Positions 9,745 to 20,115 of a DNA stretch of 64,000 nucleotides are shown one piece after another (within the stretch, counting starts at the first letter, position 1; each line of letters begins with the position of its first letter). Both the position numbers and the translations under genes were made by a program. The notes beneath the pieces are model-generated. The model saw nothing but the letters and a program-made list of their open reading frames with translations. It ran no database searches and had not been told where the DNA came from. Source of the DNA: Candidatus Poseidoniales archaeon (GTDB lineage: Archaea > Thermoplasmatota > Poseidoniia > Poseidoniales > Thalassarchaeaceae); NCBI GenBank assembly GCA_012960975.1, contig DUAE01000055.1:107828-171827 (forward strand). The letters run 5' to 3'.

Positions 9745-11226
9745 TCAAAACTCCTTCATGGCTGAATTTAGTTCGTTCATCATCTTTTTACCATCACCGA
9801 AGAGCATCATAGTTTTGTCTTCGAAGAAGAGGTCATTATCAACGCCAGCATAGCCAACATTGAGACTACGCTTGATGACAACAACAACGCGAGCCTTGTC
9901 AGCATCAATAATTGGCATTCCAGCAAGTGGACCCTCTCCAGAACGAGCAACGGGATTGACAGTATCGTTAGCACCTATCACTAGTGCAACATCACATTCA
10001 GGCATCTCCAAATTGATTTCGGCCATTTCAATCAACTGTTCGTATGGTACATTAGCCTCAGCAAGTAACACATTCATATGTCCCGGCATTCGACCTGCGA
10101 CTGGATGAATTCCATACTTCACCTCAACTCCTTGAGACTCTAGTAGATCAGCGAATTCTTTGACTGCGTGTTGTGCTTGGCTAACAGCCATCCCATATCC
10201 AGGGATAATAACACAAGTACTGATTCCATCACAAACCATAGCCACCTCTTCAGGGTCACTACCGACTTTTGTTCGTGTAACAGTTTCACGACCGCTGCCA
10301 CCAAATGATTTGAAGAGAACAGCAATCAACGTACGATTCATTGCTTTACACATAATGAATGTCAAAATTAACCCTGCAGCACCGACCATTGAACCTGCAA
10401 TAATCAAGACGTTGTTGCCAATTACGAATCCTGTGAATGCAGCTGCTATTCCAGACATTGAATTCAACAAACTAACAACAACCGGCATATCTGCGCCACC
10501 AATTGGGAGCACGAACAAGATTCCGAGCAAACAAGATGATGCGACTAGACCGTAGATATAATCGGTATTTGTCGGCTCTTGAATTGTTAAAACCACTAGA
10601 GCAAGAGAAACAAACAACATTGCAACCTTGACTAGATTCAACCATGGAGGACCCCATGTAGGGAAATTTACCCACTTGCGGCGTCCACGTGAATCCTTCT
10701 TTGTGAAAGGAATGTAAAATCCACCCATCAACTTGCCCATTGCCATCAGACTACCCGTGAGAGTTAACCAACCAACAAGTCCCGAAAGACCAATTGCAAC
10801 CCAGATTGCATACAATTCGACACCAGGTTCGGGAACATTGCCACTTTGCAAACGAGACAAGACTTCAGATAGCCCAACAAGCGCGGAAGCAGCGCCACCA
10901 AATCCGTTGAAAAGAGCGACTAGTTCTGGCATACCAGTCATTTCAACGCGGACAGCCATCCACCAACCGATGAGTGAGCCGAGTGCCAAACCACCGACAA
11001 TTAGTTCGTAACCAATGATGCCATCAGTATACATTTTCCCGAGTGTAACAAGAACGGCTAAAAGCATTCCTTGAGCGCCCATTTTGTTACCATCAGGAGC
11101 AGTTCTTGGACTAGATAATTTCTTGATCCCCATGATGAAAAGGGCAGCAGAGACTAGATATCCAATATCCCAAATAACAGCGTCAACCATTCTATGCACC
11201 ACCCTTCTTTCTGCGCTTGCCAGCAA
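9745..11226 (-). CDS. pntB: NAD(P) transhydrogenase subunit beta
   Basis: 493 aa. N-terminal polytopic membrane domain plus a C-terminal NADP(H) domain: VIIPGYGMAVSQAQH, GIHPVAGRMPGHMNVLLAEA, VIGANDTVNP. Confidence 0.9.
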   Translation of the reverse strand: MLASAERRVVHRMVDAVIWDIGYLVSAALFIMGIKKLSSPRTAPDGNKMGAQGMLLAVLVTLGKMYTDGIIGYELIVGGLALGSLIGWWMAVRVEMTGMPELVALFNGFGGAASALVGLSEVLSRLQSGNVPEPGVELYAIWVAIGLSGLVGWLTLTGSLMAMGKLMGGFYIPFTKKDSRGRRKWVNFPTWGPPWLNLVKVAMLFVSLALVVLTIQEPTNTDYIYGLVASSCLLGILFVLPIGGADMPVVVSLLNSMSGIAAAFTGFVIGNNVLIIAGSMVGAAGLILTFIMCKAMNRTLIAVLFKSFGGSGRETVTRTKVGSDPEEVAMVCDGISTCVIIPGYGMAVSQAQHAVKEFADLLESQGVEVKYGIHPVAGRMPGHMNVLLAEANVPYEQLIEMAEINLEMPECDVALVIGANDTVNPVARSGEGPLAGMPIIDADKARVVVVIKRSLNVGYAGVDNDLFFEDKTMMLFGDGKKMMNELNSAMKEF

Positions 11227-11515
11227 TCATTTCCAACATCTTGTTGGTAACCATGAATCCTCCAACAACATTGATTGTTGCCATTACTAATGCAGCAAAT
11301 GCAAGCCAAGCAGCTGTACCTGGATTTCCATTATTGAAAGCTGCGTTAGATAAGAAAAGTGCACCTACAATTGAAATTCCTGAAATTGCATTGGCTCCAG
11401 ACATCAATGGAGTGTGCAAGGTTGGAGGAACCTTACTAATCAACTCAAAACCGAGGAAGATTGCTAAAACAAAAACGGTGATACTACCGATTAATGCGGC
11501 TAGTGTGAGGCTCAT
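11192..11515 (-). CDS. pntA: NAD(P) transhydrogenase subunit alpha part 2 (membrane)
   Basis: 107 aa with 3-4 TM helices. It sits between the alpha-1 and beta genes and overlaps both neighbours, which is the typical three-gene pntAA-pntAB-pntB layout. Confidence 0.8.
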   Translation of the reverse strand: MSLTLAALIGSITVFVLAIFLGFELISKVPPTLHTPLMSGANAISGISIVGALFLSNAAFNNGNPGTAAWLAFAALVMATINVVGGFMVTNKMLEMIAGKRRKKGGA

Positions 11516-12675
11516 TCAACCACCCCAGCAAGACGCGATTGCTTCTCATGTATTGCCCCGTCTGTGCAAATTAATACCCCGCCCATCCCTGAGATGTGGA
11601 AGTCACTACCTTCTGGCGCACCAACAAGAATATCGTCTTCTAAATCCAAATACAATTCTCCATCTTTAACAAGTGAGGTGACAAATGTAGTAAGGTTGTT
11701 TGAGTAAAGCATACTAGCTGAAGAAGGTAATTGGCCAGGTAAATTTGGTGTACCAACGATTGTTACCCCGTTATCTGTGACTATAATTTTTCCAACTTCT
11801 GTAAGTTCACAGTTTCCCCCAACGTCAGCATTCATATCGACTACGACAGAACCGACCTTGAAATTCTCAATAGCACTCGCTGGAACGGTAATTGGTGCAG
11901 GACGACCAAAGATTCTAGCAGTTGTAACAATGACATCTGCATCAGAAGCCACTTCACAAACTGTGTCATTGACCTTCTGAATAAATTCAGGAGTCAGTGG
12001 CTTTGCATATCCGGATTCATCTTCAAAATCATCCATTCCATCAACTTCAATGAATCGACCCCCAACAGATTCTATTTGTTCGGCAGCGGATTTCCTAACA
12101 TCTGAGGCATATACAATAGCGCCAAGCCGCTTTGCAGTAGCAATCGCTTGCAAACCTGCAACACCTGAACCCATGATGACAAATTTAGCAGGCCGTATAG
12201 TACCAGCACTAGTAGTCATCATTGGGATTCCTTTAGGCACTTGAGCAGCCCCGGTTAGTACCGCTTTGTAGCCAGCAAGATTGTCTTGACTACTGTTAAC
12301 GTCCATCGCTTGTGCACGAGAAAGTCTCCGGGGAATCATATCCATACTGAAGAGTGTAATCTTCGCAGCCATTGCTGCTTTGACTTTTTCGGGACATCTG
12401 AATGGATCTGAAACACAAGCTACCATTTTCCCCTCTTTCATGCCATCTAATTCAGGCATATCGATGGAAATTACAATATCAGCAGATAAAGCTGTTGTTC
12501 TGTCACAGATAGTAGCACCTGCGTTAGAATATTGCAAATCTGAATGGTGAGCATTTACACCAGCCCCTGATTCAACAAGAACATCAAATCCTAACTTTTT
12601 TAATTTCTTTATCGAATTTGGAACAATAGCGACCCTATTTTCACCATCTGGTTCTGTAATAACTCCAAGTAGCAT
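11512..12675 (-). CDS. pntA: NAD(P) transhydrogenase subunit alpha part 1 (alanine dehydrogenase/PNT domain)
   Basis: 387 aa. Rossmann motif VIMGSGVAGLQAIATAKRLGA; AlaDH/PNT N- and C-domain pattern; operon context with pntB. Confidence 0.85.
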   Translation of the reverse strand: MLLGVITEPDGENRVAIVPNSIKKLKKLGFDVLVESGAGVNAHHSDLQYSNAGATICDRTTALSADIVISIDMPELDGMKEGKMVACVSDPFRCPEKVKAAMAAKITLFSMDMIPRRLSRAQAMDVNSSQDNLAGYKAVLTGAAQVPKGIPMMTTSAGTIRPAKFVIMGSGVAGLQAIATAKRLGAIVYASDVRKSAAEQIESVGGRFIEVDGMDDFEDESGYAKPLTPEFIQKVNDTVCEVASDADVIVTTARIFGRPAPITVPASAIENFKVGSVVVDMNADVGGNCELTEVGKIIVTDNGVTIVGTPNLPGQLPSSASMLYSNNLTTFVTSLVKDGELYLDLEDDILVGAPEGSDFHISGMGGVLICTDGAIHEKQSRLAGVVE

Positions 12676-12799
12676 ATTTTCTCACTCCTCATAATCAGCC
12701 TAGGCTCATCGTAGGTAAACTTCCGAAACGAAGTCGATTATTGAATCAAACGGATGATACAGTTCAGGTATGATATTGAATGAGCTATTAAATTATGAT

Positions 12800-13480
12800 T
12801 TAGAACAGTAAAACATACCCTATTCCAAAGATTGCAATATCACATATTGCATGCGATATCCAACAGACAAATATAGAATTAAACCGGAGGTAAAGCCAGG
12901 ACCAAATTACTCCTGCACCTAATATGCCAATTGACGATAACAATACTTGCCAAGGTTCAAAATAATAGGTCAGGGCTAGTGTGTGATGGACAGTAAAAAA
13001 TATTGCAGAACCCGCTATTGCTAATGGTTGATTATCGGTTATCTCAAATAATTTTGTGGTGACGAATTTTCGGAAAACGAATTCTTCGGCGAGCGAGTTC
13101 ACAAATATCCAATACACTACACCTAAAACAAATATTTTCGGCGTCAATAAACCAGTTTCCCCGATCTCAAATTTCATCAGATCAAGATTAATTGTATTGG
13201 AAAACAAGAAGTATATCATCAAAATAATTGAGGCCATTGCCATTCCTGAAAAAAAACCATATTTGAGCCCTAATGATTTGGGGATGGATAAATCTATTTT
13301 TTCCCTATCTACACACAGAGTCCAATAGATTGGCACCCCTATGAGAAGAATCTTTAATGAAATAAATGCAAATTGGGAAAATAATACTGTATAATCTAAA
13401 CCATAATTAATGTAAATAGACAAAGATGGAAAAATTCCAATTAGCAATAATGGCAAATAAGAGTTATGAGAATCTTTCAC
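12800..13480 (-). CDS. CPBP-family intramembrane glutamic endopeptidase (CAAX protease-like)
   Basis: Polytopic membrane protein with the three family motifs: AEEFVFRKF (EExxxR), FFTVHH (FxxxH) and SHAICD (HxxxD/N). Confidence 0.75.
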   Translation of the reverse strand: MKDSHNSYLPLLLIGIFPSLSIYINYGLDYTVLFSQFAFISLKILLIGVPIYWTLCVDREKIDLSIPKSLGLKYGFFSGMAMASIILMIYFLFSNTINLDLMKFEIGETGLLTPKIFVLGVVYWIFVNSLAEEFVFRKFVTTKLFEITDNQPLAIAGSAIFFTVHHTLALTYYFEPWQVLLSSIGILGAGVIWSWLYLRFNSIFVCWISHAICDIAIFGIGYVLLF

Positions 13481-13592
13481 AATTCCCCCTAAATGACGCC
13501 ACCGAATGAATCTTGTCCCTCACATCTTGAGAATGGCTCTTTCACTAAAGGCTAAGGACATTAGGCGAGCGCGTTCAAAATGAAGTGAGCTC

Positions 13593-14531
13593 ATGACACG
13601 TGAAGCGAGAAAAATTACAGTTATTGGAGCCGGGAATGTGGGAGCATCTTGTGCATTCGTTTTAGCTCAAAGAAAATTGGGTGAAATTGTTCTATTAGAT
13701 ATTTATGAAGGGTTCGCTAAAGGTAAAGCCCTAGATATGAGTCAAGGTGGACAGGTTTTGAATTACGATGGAATTGTCACTGGAACTTCGAGTTACAAAG
13801 ACATTACAGATTCGGATGTAATCGTCGTCACCTCTGGCTTCCCTAGACAACCTGGAATGACAAGAGAAGATTTAATCGGTAAAAATGCAGAAATTATCAC
13901 TCAAGTTGGAACCGGAATTAAAGAGCATGCTCCGAATGCTATCATAATCATGGTGACCAACCCACTAGATTTAATGACTTATCATATGCAAAAAGTCACA
14001 GGATTTCCTTCAAATCGAGTAATTGGCCAAGCAGGAATTCTAGACTCTGCACGTATGACTCATTTCGTTTCGGATGCAATCGGGTGTTCGAATGAAGATG
14101 TTCAAGCAATGGTATTGGGAGGACATGGAGACACCATGGTTCCACTACCAAGATATACAACAGCGGGTGGAATCCCAATTACACAACTTCTAGATGAAGA
14201 AACAATTGATGCAATTTCGAAAAGAACCGCGAATGGAGGGGGAGAGATCGTCAAATTACTGGAACGTGGAAGTGCCTTCTATGCACCCGGAAGTGCAGCA
14301 GCAATTATGGCAGAAGCCGTGTTAAATGACAGGCGAAGGCTATTGCCTTGTAGTGCTCTCCTAAACGGAGAATATGGGTTGAATGATGTATACATCGGCG
14401 TGCCAATAATTCTAGGTAAAAATGGAGTTGAAAAAATAATTGAATTAGATTTAGAAGATCATGAACTTATTAGTTTACAAGAATCTGCAAATTTCTATAA
14501 GACACAATTAAGCGAGATTTTAGGATACTGA
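13593..14531 (+). CDS. mdh: Malate dehydrogenase (LDH-like family)
   Basis: KITVIGAGNVGASCAF Rossmann motif; GFPRQPGMTREDL with the substrate-specifying Arg; catalytic-loop region MVLGGHGDTMVP. Confidence 0.85.
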   Translation: MTREARKITVIGAGNVGASCAFVLAQRKLGEIVLLDIYEGFAKGKALDMSQGGQVLNYDGIVTGTSSYKDITDSDVIVVTSGFPRQPGMTREDLIGKNAEIITQVGTGIKEHAPNAIIIMVTNPLDLMTYHMQKVTGFPSNRVIGQAGILDSARMTHFVSDAIGCSNEDVQAMVLGGHGDTMVPLPRYTTAGGIPITQLLDEETIDAISKRTANGGGEIVKLLERGSAFYAPGSAAAIMAEAVLNDRRRLLPCSALLNGEYGLNDVYIGVPIILGKNGVEKIIELDLEDHELISLQESANFYKTQLSEILGY

Positions 14532-14538
14532 ACACCCG

Positions 14539-15348
14539 TTGGGTTCTTTGCTGAACCTTTCTAACATCAGTATGGAGATTACGTTGCGACGACACATCCA
14601 TCTCGAACATGATGGAAAGCTACTACTTCTAAATATTGATGGAACTGGACCGGCGATACCTAGGGCGGGAAGAACTACTTGGGATGGTGGTGAATTTCTA
14701 ATTCGTTTACCATCGCCGACAGAAGCAGAAGAATTAGGATTAACTTGGACTGAAAAACGCCGCAATAATTTCCAATTAGGAAATGATGATCATGAAATTA
14801 TAATCGCATCACCAAATATCCCATGGCCTGAAAATTGGGCGTGGAAGGATGCTGTGATCAGTGATAGTGCAGTTGATCCTGTTGCTCGAGAATCTGTTTA
14901 CCGAACTTTGCATCGTGTTGTTTCGAAGGTAATTATTCAAAATTCAAAAAATGAAATTCTTCTAGCTAAAGTTAGAAGAGGGTTTTTTACAGGTTGCTGG
15001 ACACTTCCAGGTGGATTTGTCGATTATTCAGAGCACCCACGTACAGGTGCAGTTAGAGAAGTAAAAGAAGAATTAGGACTTAATATTACCATTGCGGATC
15101 CAAAATCAGAATGTGGCGAAGAAATTCCAGGAATTGATGGTGCACTCATTCAACAGGCAATATTTGGTGAAAATGGATTGAGTTGGCTTTCTTTTTCATA
15201 CCACACTGTGATGGATATTCAAGCAGACCAAATAATTCCGAAGGATGATGAAATTGAAAAGGCAGAATGGTTTTCTCCTGAGGAGGCTCTAGAAGTTGCA
15301 GTCAGCGCCTTCGATATCGAAGCGATAAGGAGAAATATGGAGAAATAA
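14539..15348 (+). CDS. NUDIX hydrolase with an N-terminal domain of unknown function
   Basis: Nudix box GGFVDYSEHPRTGAVREVKEELGL (Gx5Ex7REUxEExGU) in the C-terminal half. Confidence 0.75.
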   Translation: MGSLLNLSNISMEITLRRHIHLEHDGKLLLLNIDGTGPAIPRAGRTTWDGGEFLIRLPSPTEAEELGLTWTEKRRNNFQLGNDDHEIIIASPNIPWPENWAWKDAVISDSAVDPVARESVYRTLHRVVSKVIIQNSKNEILLAKVRRGFFTGCWTLPGGFVDYSEHPRTGAVREVKEELGLNITIADPKSECGEEIPGIDGALIQQAIFGENGLSWLSFSYHTVMDIQADQIIPKDDEIEKAEWFSPEEALEVAVSAFDIEAIRRNMEK

Positions 15349-15402
15349 TAGTTTTAATTATGAATTTATTATTTATTAAAAGATGATTTTAACATCAAAT
15401 AA

Positions 15403-15480
15403 TGGTGGGCCTGCCTGGATTTGAACCAGAGTCTGTTCGTCCCAAACGAACAAGCATAGACCAGACTAACCCACAGGCCC
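15403..15480 (-). tRNA. tRNA-Pro (anticodon UGG), CCA encoded
   Basis: The reverse complement GGGCCTGTGGGTTAGTCTGGTCTATGCTTGTTCGTTTGGGACGAACAGACTCTGGTTCAAATCCAGGCAGGCCCACCA folds by hand. The acceptor stem has 7 Watson-Crick pairs. The anticodon stem is GTTCG/CGAAC with loop TTTGGGA (UGG). The T arm is TCTGG-TTCAAAT-CCAGG. The D loop has GG, and the D stem is weak (G-U pairs, one U-U). Confidence 0.85.
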
Positions 15481-15517
15481 TGTGAGTAAACCGCCCACCA
15501 ACGATTGGGTCATGAAC

Positions 15518-15967
15518 TTAACCCAACCAATTCCATGTATCAGAGTCCACCCTAATCAATAGTCCCTGCATTTCTGCTTGACCAATTATTTGTTCGGCCG
15601 TTGTATTATCGAATCCCTCTTTCATCATTGTATTTATGACCGACTCCAAACTTAGATTGCCATTATCTCCTAAGGAAATTTTTATTATTCTAAGCATCAT
15701 TTCCCCTCCACCGCCACTATTAGATTGGGATTTGATATTTTTCTGCCGTTCAATTTCCATCTTTTTTGAAAATTCTTTATGGAGTCCTTTTGGTAAATTC
15801 ATTGCAGAAACTGCCAAGGCTAAATCAGAATTTGTCTCAAATTTAGCAATAATGGATAGCTTTTGATTTGAATGGCAATGATAGCAGTTAGCAGAATGCA
15901 AATTCTGGCTTCCAAAAGAGTGACCACATTTACAGCGAATCAATAACCATTCGCCGCCCATAACCAA
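15518..15967 (-). CDS. Zinc-ribbon protein with a C-terminal winged-helix-like domain (hypothetical)
   Basis: CKCGHSFG...CYHCHS Cys4-type ribbon at the N-terminus, a Gly-rich linker (SNSGGGGE), then a small helical domain. No family confidently recognised. Confidence 0.4.
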   Translation of the reverse strand: MVMGGEWLLIRCKCGHSFGSQNLHSANCYHCHSNQKLSIIAKFETNSDLALAVSAMNLPKGLHKEFSKKMEIERQKNIKSQSNSGGGGEMMLRIIKISLGDNGNLSLESVINTMMKEGFDNTTAEQIIGQAEMQGLLIRVDSDTWNWLG

Positions 15968-16040
15968 TAGTCGGAACTAATAGTCGATAAATTATTGCTA
16001 TAGGCGATAGTAATTTCAAACAAAGCCATGACGGAGTATT

Positions 16041-16319
16041 GTGTTCGGAACGAGCAAATCATACATCATTTGGTTTTTCACTGGAATATTAGTTGCTCTT
16101 TCTATTAATTCATTCACAACAGATGGCCCTTCAGTTGAAGCTTGGGCGTATCTAATGTTGACTCCTTTTCCATTATTCTTTATTTCAAAAAGTTTGGAAA
16201 AAAATAATATTAATAACGACCTTGAAGAGGTTTTTCGAGGTGATGAAGGAGATGAGAATATCGAATCACCTCACGCCTGTGACCCGATTAATGAGGGGTT
16301 TGACACCCCACTTTTGTAA
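16041..16319 (+). CDS. Small membrane protein (hypothetical)
   Basis: 92-aa ORF with a GTG start, two predicted TM helices and an acidic tail. Supported only by the ORF and its hydrophobicity. Confidence 0.3.
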   Translation: MFGTSKSYIIWFFTGILVALSINSFTTDGPSVEAWAYLMLTPFPLFFISKSLEKNNINNDLEEVFRGDEGDENIESPHACDPINEGFDTPLL

Positions 16320-18236
16320 TCAAAGCAATCTCAGAGTCTCTAAGTTCGCTGGCGCATAAGTTTGAACACGGAATTTCTCCCTCAGGCCCTGCCTAAATGC
16401 ATTACATGTATGCGCATCACCATGATGACAAATTATCTTTCTCGGTGTTGGATTTAGCGCGCCGACATAATCCATCAATTGTTTTCGGTCAGAATGTCCG
16501 CTAAATCCGTCGATTTTTCGAAGTGAACAATTCACTTCAATCATCAATGTTTGACCCTTATCTACGAGGGGAACGGTAGAATGTCCATCACGAAGGCGAC
16601 TTCCTAGGGTACCTGAGGCCTGGTAACCGACAAAACAGAGGGTATTCGAAGGTTCAGGTGCCCAGTATTTGAAATATTCAACGATTGGCCCTCCAGTCAT
16701 CATTCCACTAGTAGCCAAAACAATACAAGGGCTAGGATCTAAAAGAATTGACTCTCGTTGATCTCTCGACTCGACCTGCTTAAACCACTTCGAATGGAAG
16801 GGATTATCAGTTCCTCCCTTCAACATCTTTTTCCTTAAATCACGATTTAAGAATTTAGGATGGCTAGAATGAATCGCTGTAGCTTCAGAAATCATTCCAT
16901 CTAACCAAACAGTGCATGGGGATACTTTACCTGATTTGAACAATTCATCTATGGCAATCATCACTTCTTGAGAACGCCCAACTGCGAAAACAGGACAGAA
17001 AATTTTTCCACCTCGTCCAATTACATCCATAATTAATTCTTGTAATTCATGAGAAGCGGCTTCCCGAGTTGGTTGAAAATCTTGGGGGCCACCATAAGTA
17101 GATTCGATAATCAAAGTGTCGACCTTTGGATATCTTACTGTTGCCGCATCGAATAACCAAGATTTTTCATATTTAATATCTCCAGAGAATAATATTCGAT
17201 GTTCATTTTTGCCTTCTCCAACACTCATATAAACACTCGAAGAACCTAAAATATGCCCCGCATTTTCCATCGTCATTTTGATATCTGGTGCGATATCTGT
17301 TTTTTCCCCCCAATTGACATCGACTACATGTTTGATACATTCTTGAATATCTGCCTTCGAATAGGGAGGCTCATTTCCTTCCGCAGCACTGACTTTGATG
17401 TAATCAATTTGTAATAATGTCATCAAATCACGTGTTGGTGGAGTACAATAAACAGGGCCCCGATAACCATAACGGAATAGAACGGGTAACATTGCGATAT
17501 GGTCTACGTGTGCATGGGTAATCACAATCGCATCCAAATTGTCCAATGGCATCAATTCAGGAGCTGTGAAAAATGGCTGGATCTCGTTTTTATTCGTAGT
17601 TGGTTTTGCTCCAACATCGACTAAAACCTTTGATTCGTTGGTGGTAATAAGATGCATTGCTCTGCCAACTTCACGATACGAACCTAGGGCAGTTATCCTA
17701 ACCCATGGTTCTCCTGGCCGTTGATGTCGATATATTCGGGTACCGAATTTTCTCATCAAGGCCTTACGTTCATCCCCCATCTCTTTTCTATATCTGCGAA
17801 TATCATGTTGGGTACGACTCTCAATTGAAGGAGCGCGTACTACGTTAACCAGCCAACCAATATTATCCCTTAATTCCAAAATATGAGCCCCTTTTGGCCC
17901 TACTGCTGCAGTTGGATTATCACACTCTAAAATGACCTCACTTAGAGCGGGGTCAAGCCAAATTTTCCTTACTTCCGCTTCTGGAGGAATTATTTGTGAA
18001 ACTTTGTCATGTACCTGTTTTTCATCGACTAAAATACTTGGATGAGGTCTGACTACTATTTTTCTTTTCACTAATTTAGCAATTTTTACAGTTAAATTTT
18101 CAGCACCGTCGACAAATGACTTTGGAGTCTTCGTAATAATCGAAATAGAGCCAGCTTCAAGATCGACCTCATAGTCGATATTCTTGGGAATGACCTTTGA
18201 AATTTTTTTCTTTAGTTCAGTTAGTGTTAATCGCAT
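16320..18236 (-). CDS. Archaeal CPSF1-type KH-domain / metallo-beta-lactamase / beta-CASP ribonuclease
   Basis: 638 aa. The N-terminal KH-like region is followed by VITHAHVDHIAMLP (HxHxDH) and beta-CASP motifs. The length and the adjacency to the proteasome beta gene are typical of aCPSF1. Confidence 0.85.
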   Translation of the reverse strand: MRLTLTELKKKISKVIPKNIDYEVDLEAGSISIITKTPKSFVDGAENLTVKIAKLVKRKIVVRPHPSILVDEKQVHDKVSQIIPPEAEVRKIWLDPALSEVILECDNPTAAVGPKGAHILELRDNIGWLVNVVRAPSIESRTQHDIRRYRKEMGDERKALMRKFGTRIYRHQRPGEPWVRITALGSYREVGRAMHLITTNESKVLVDVGAKPTTNKNEIQPFFTAPELMPLDNLDAIVITHAHVDHIAMLPVLFRYGYRGPVYCTPPTRDLMTLLQIDYIKVSAAEGNEPPYSKADIQECIKHVVDVNWGEKTDIAPDIKMTMENAGHILGSSSVYMSVGEGKNEHRILFSGDIKYEKSWLFDAATVRYPKVDTLIIESTYGGPQDFQPTREAASHELQELIMDVIGRGGKIFCPVFAVGRSQEVMIAIDELFKSGKVSPCTVWLDGMISEATAIHSSHPKFLNRDLRKKMLKGGTDNPFHSKWFKQVESRDQRESILLDPSPCIVLATSGMMTGGPIVEYFKYWAPEPSNTLCFVGYQASGTLGSRLRDGHSTVPLVDKGQTLMIEVNCSLRKIDGFSGHSDRKQLMDYVGALNPTPRKIICHHGDAHTCNAFRQGLREKFRVQTYAPANLETLRLL

Positions 18237-18312
18237 GATAATACCTCTCTGCGAGCCTCACGACAATTGTGAAATCTCCAATTAATGGAGTCGCTCAAAA
18301 GCGTCGTGAATT

Positions 18313-18939
18313 TTAAAGTGAAGAAAGCAAGTCTGAGATTTGCTCTGGTGAAAGTTGCTGGAATCCATTATCTGCTGTGATGACTGCTAGATCCATACCA
18401 TTTCCACTAGCAGCATCTCTTTGAGCAGATGCTAGTAATGACTTAGCAGCAACTTGTAAAGCAGATTTTTCAGTCATCCCCTCTCTATATTGATCTTCTA
18501 GAACACCGTACATATACGGCGAACCTGATCCTGTTGCACAGTATACATCAGGAATTGAACCACCCGCTGAATCAATGCTGTAAACGCTAGGACCTGAATC
18601 ATCGACGCCTACAATAAGAAGTTGGACATAGTGGGGACGTCCGACTAAAATATTAGCAGTCAAAGTCGCTGCTCCTTTCACAGTCATTAAGTTCCCCTGT
18701 TTTAGTTCGTACAAACGTAATTCTGCAGCAAGAGTTCTAGCAAGAGATTGTGCGTGTCCAACTAAGCCAGCGGTTGTCAAAGCCATATTATCTGCAATTC
18801 GAAATAATTTCTGAACACTTTTATTCGCAATAAAATGACCCATAGTTGCTCGATGATCGGAACCAACGACGACCCCACCATCAAAGGTTATTCCTATTGT
18901 GCTGGTTCCAGTCTTTACCGCTTCAGAAGTTGTGTGCAT
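18313..18939 (-). CDS. psmB: Proteasome subunit beta
   Basis: Short propeptide then the catalytic Thr context ...KTG/TSTIGITFDGGVVVGSDHRAT; Ntn-hydrolase beta-subunit pattern. The ORF extends to a TTG at 18978; the ATG at 18939 gives a typical short propeptide. Confidence 0.85.
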   Translation of the reverse strand: MHTTSEAVKTGTSTIGITFDGGVVVGSDHRATMGHFIANKSVQKLFRIADNMALTTAGLVGHAQSLARTLAAELRLYELKQGNLMTVKGAATLTANILVGRPHYVQLLIVGVDDSGPSVYSIDSAGGSIPDVYCATGSGSPYMYGVLEDQYREGMTEKSALQVAAKSLLASAQRDAASGNGMDLAVITADNGFQQLSPEQISDLLSSL

Positions 18940-19104
18940 GAAATTCACCTCGTCTAGGGGAGGTCCCCGACGAATCAAACTCGAATCCGCTCCCTTATGA
19001 ATGCGTTGGGAAACGATTCGTCGAAACTTCAGATAGTGAATAAATGAGAATTAATCAACCTAGTTCACCGCAGATGTGAAAGGATAGAACTTTTACCATA
19101 ACTT

Positions 19105-19500
19105 ATGGTGAAGGGGGTTGATGCTGAACCTCGTTGGATAAACATGCCTAGCATCCCAAATGTAACAAATACTAATTTAAGTCCTGAACAAGAATATCAC
19201 GACTTAGCAGACAAATATCCACAAGCACCTGTGCCACGAGTTAGTGGAGACACCATAATTCACAGGGCGGTACTCGATGATATTACCGGGACGGCTAAAT
19301 TGATGAATTGGGTCTCAGACGGAGATGTTGTGATTGTAGAAATGAGTGGATTGGTAAATCGTGAAGTCGAATTACATGCTGCAGTGAAAAAATTACAACA
19401 ATTCATTGAAGGTGACCTTTCAGGCACCGTCTTCGGCATTGGCCGAGAAAGATTACTGCTCTTACCTCCAACTTTTGGTACCAAAAAAGGAAAGGAATGA
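19105..19500 (+). CDS. sepF: SepF-like cell-division protein (DUF552-like)
   Basis: 131 aa. The C-terminal core ...LMNWVSDGDVVIVEMSGLVNREVELHAAVKKLQQFIEGDLSGTVFGIGRERLLLLPP matches the archaeal SepF pattern (GxxVIvdl...l+..i...gGd..gig.drilltP). Confidence 0.5.
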   Translation: MVKGVDAEPRWINMPSIPNVTNTNLSPEQEYHDLADKYPQAPVPRVSGDTIIHRAVLDDITGTAKLMNWVSDGDVVIVEMSGLVNREVELHAAVKKLQQFIEGDLSGTVFGIGRERLLLLPPTFGTKKGKE

Positions 19501-19512
19501 TCGGGCTGTGAT

Positions 19513-20115
19513 TTGTTGGAAAGCATAATTGAACAACCCTGCCCTATTTGTTCATCCAATTCAGGAATAACGATGATCGTCCATAATTCAGAGATACCTT
19601 ATTTTGGAGAACACACTCAAATGACAATGTTGTGCGATAATTGTGGATGGCGGCATACTGATTTCATTCCAGCAGAAGGGAAAAAACCGGGAGCCTGGGA
19701 AATCAATGTTGATAGTATTGGAAAATTAAATGTGCGAATTGTTCGTTCATCATCTTGTACTGTAATTATTGAGGAATTAGGTTTAGAGGTCGAACCGGGG
19801 GGTTCGTCAACTGGATATATATCAAATATCGAAGGTGTATTAAATAGATTTGAAAATGCTGTAAGTCTCATTTACCGACAATCATTAACCGATACTTCCG
19901 AAAGAGAAAATCAAGAAAAATGCAGTCAACTTTTATCTGAAATAACTCTAGTAAAAAATGGTAAGAAAACTGTTAAACTACAATTATTGGATCCAATGGG
20001 ACATAGTCAAATTTTAGATGAATCAGCAAAACCTAGAGAATTAACAACTAATGAATTGGAGACTCTTCAAGTTGGCCCTACCATACCCGTTTTCGACGCA
20101 GATGATCTAATTTAA
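19513..20115 (+). CDS. ZPR1-type zinc-finger protein
   Basis: CPICSS...IPYFGE...CDNCGWRH is the ZPR1 zinc-ribbon signature. The 200-aa length fits the single-module archaeal form. TTG start. Confidence 0.7.
   Translation: MLESIIEQPCPICSSNSGITMIVHNSEIPYFGEHTQMTMLCDNCGWRHTDFIPAEGKKPGAWEINVDSIGKLNVRIVRSSSCTVIIEELGLEVEPGGSSTGYISNIEGVLNRFENAVSLIYRQSLTDTSERENQEKCSQLLSEITLVKNGKKTVKLQLLDPMGHSQILDESAKPRELTTNELETLQVGPTIPVFDADDLI

Noticed and set aside
9860-12244. Series of plus-strand ORFs (9860..10108, 10160..10555, 10733..11011, 11084..11290, 11217..11669, 11777..11980, 12050..12244)
   Set aside because: All are antisense shadows inside the well-supported pntB/pntA genes. Their Pro/Ser/Thr/Ala-rich compositions are typical of reverse-frame artefacts.
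15403-15480. tRNA-Pro considered a possible pseudogene because of its weak D stem
   Set aside because: The acceptor, anticodon and T arms are perfect. G18G19, the T-loop and the encoded CCA are present. A G-U-rich D stem with a 13-22 mismatch is tolerated in real tRNAs.
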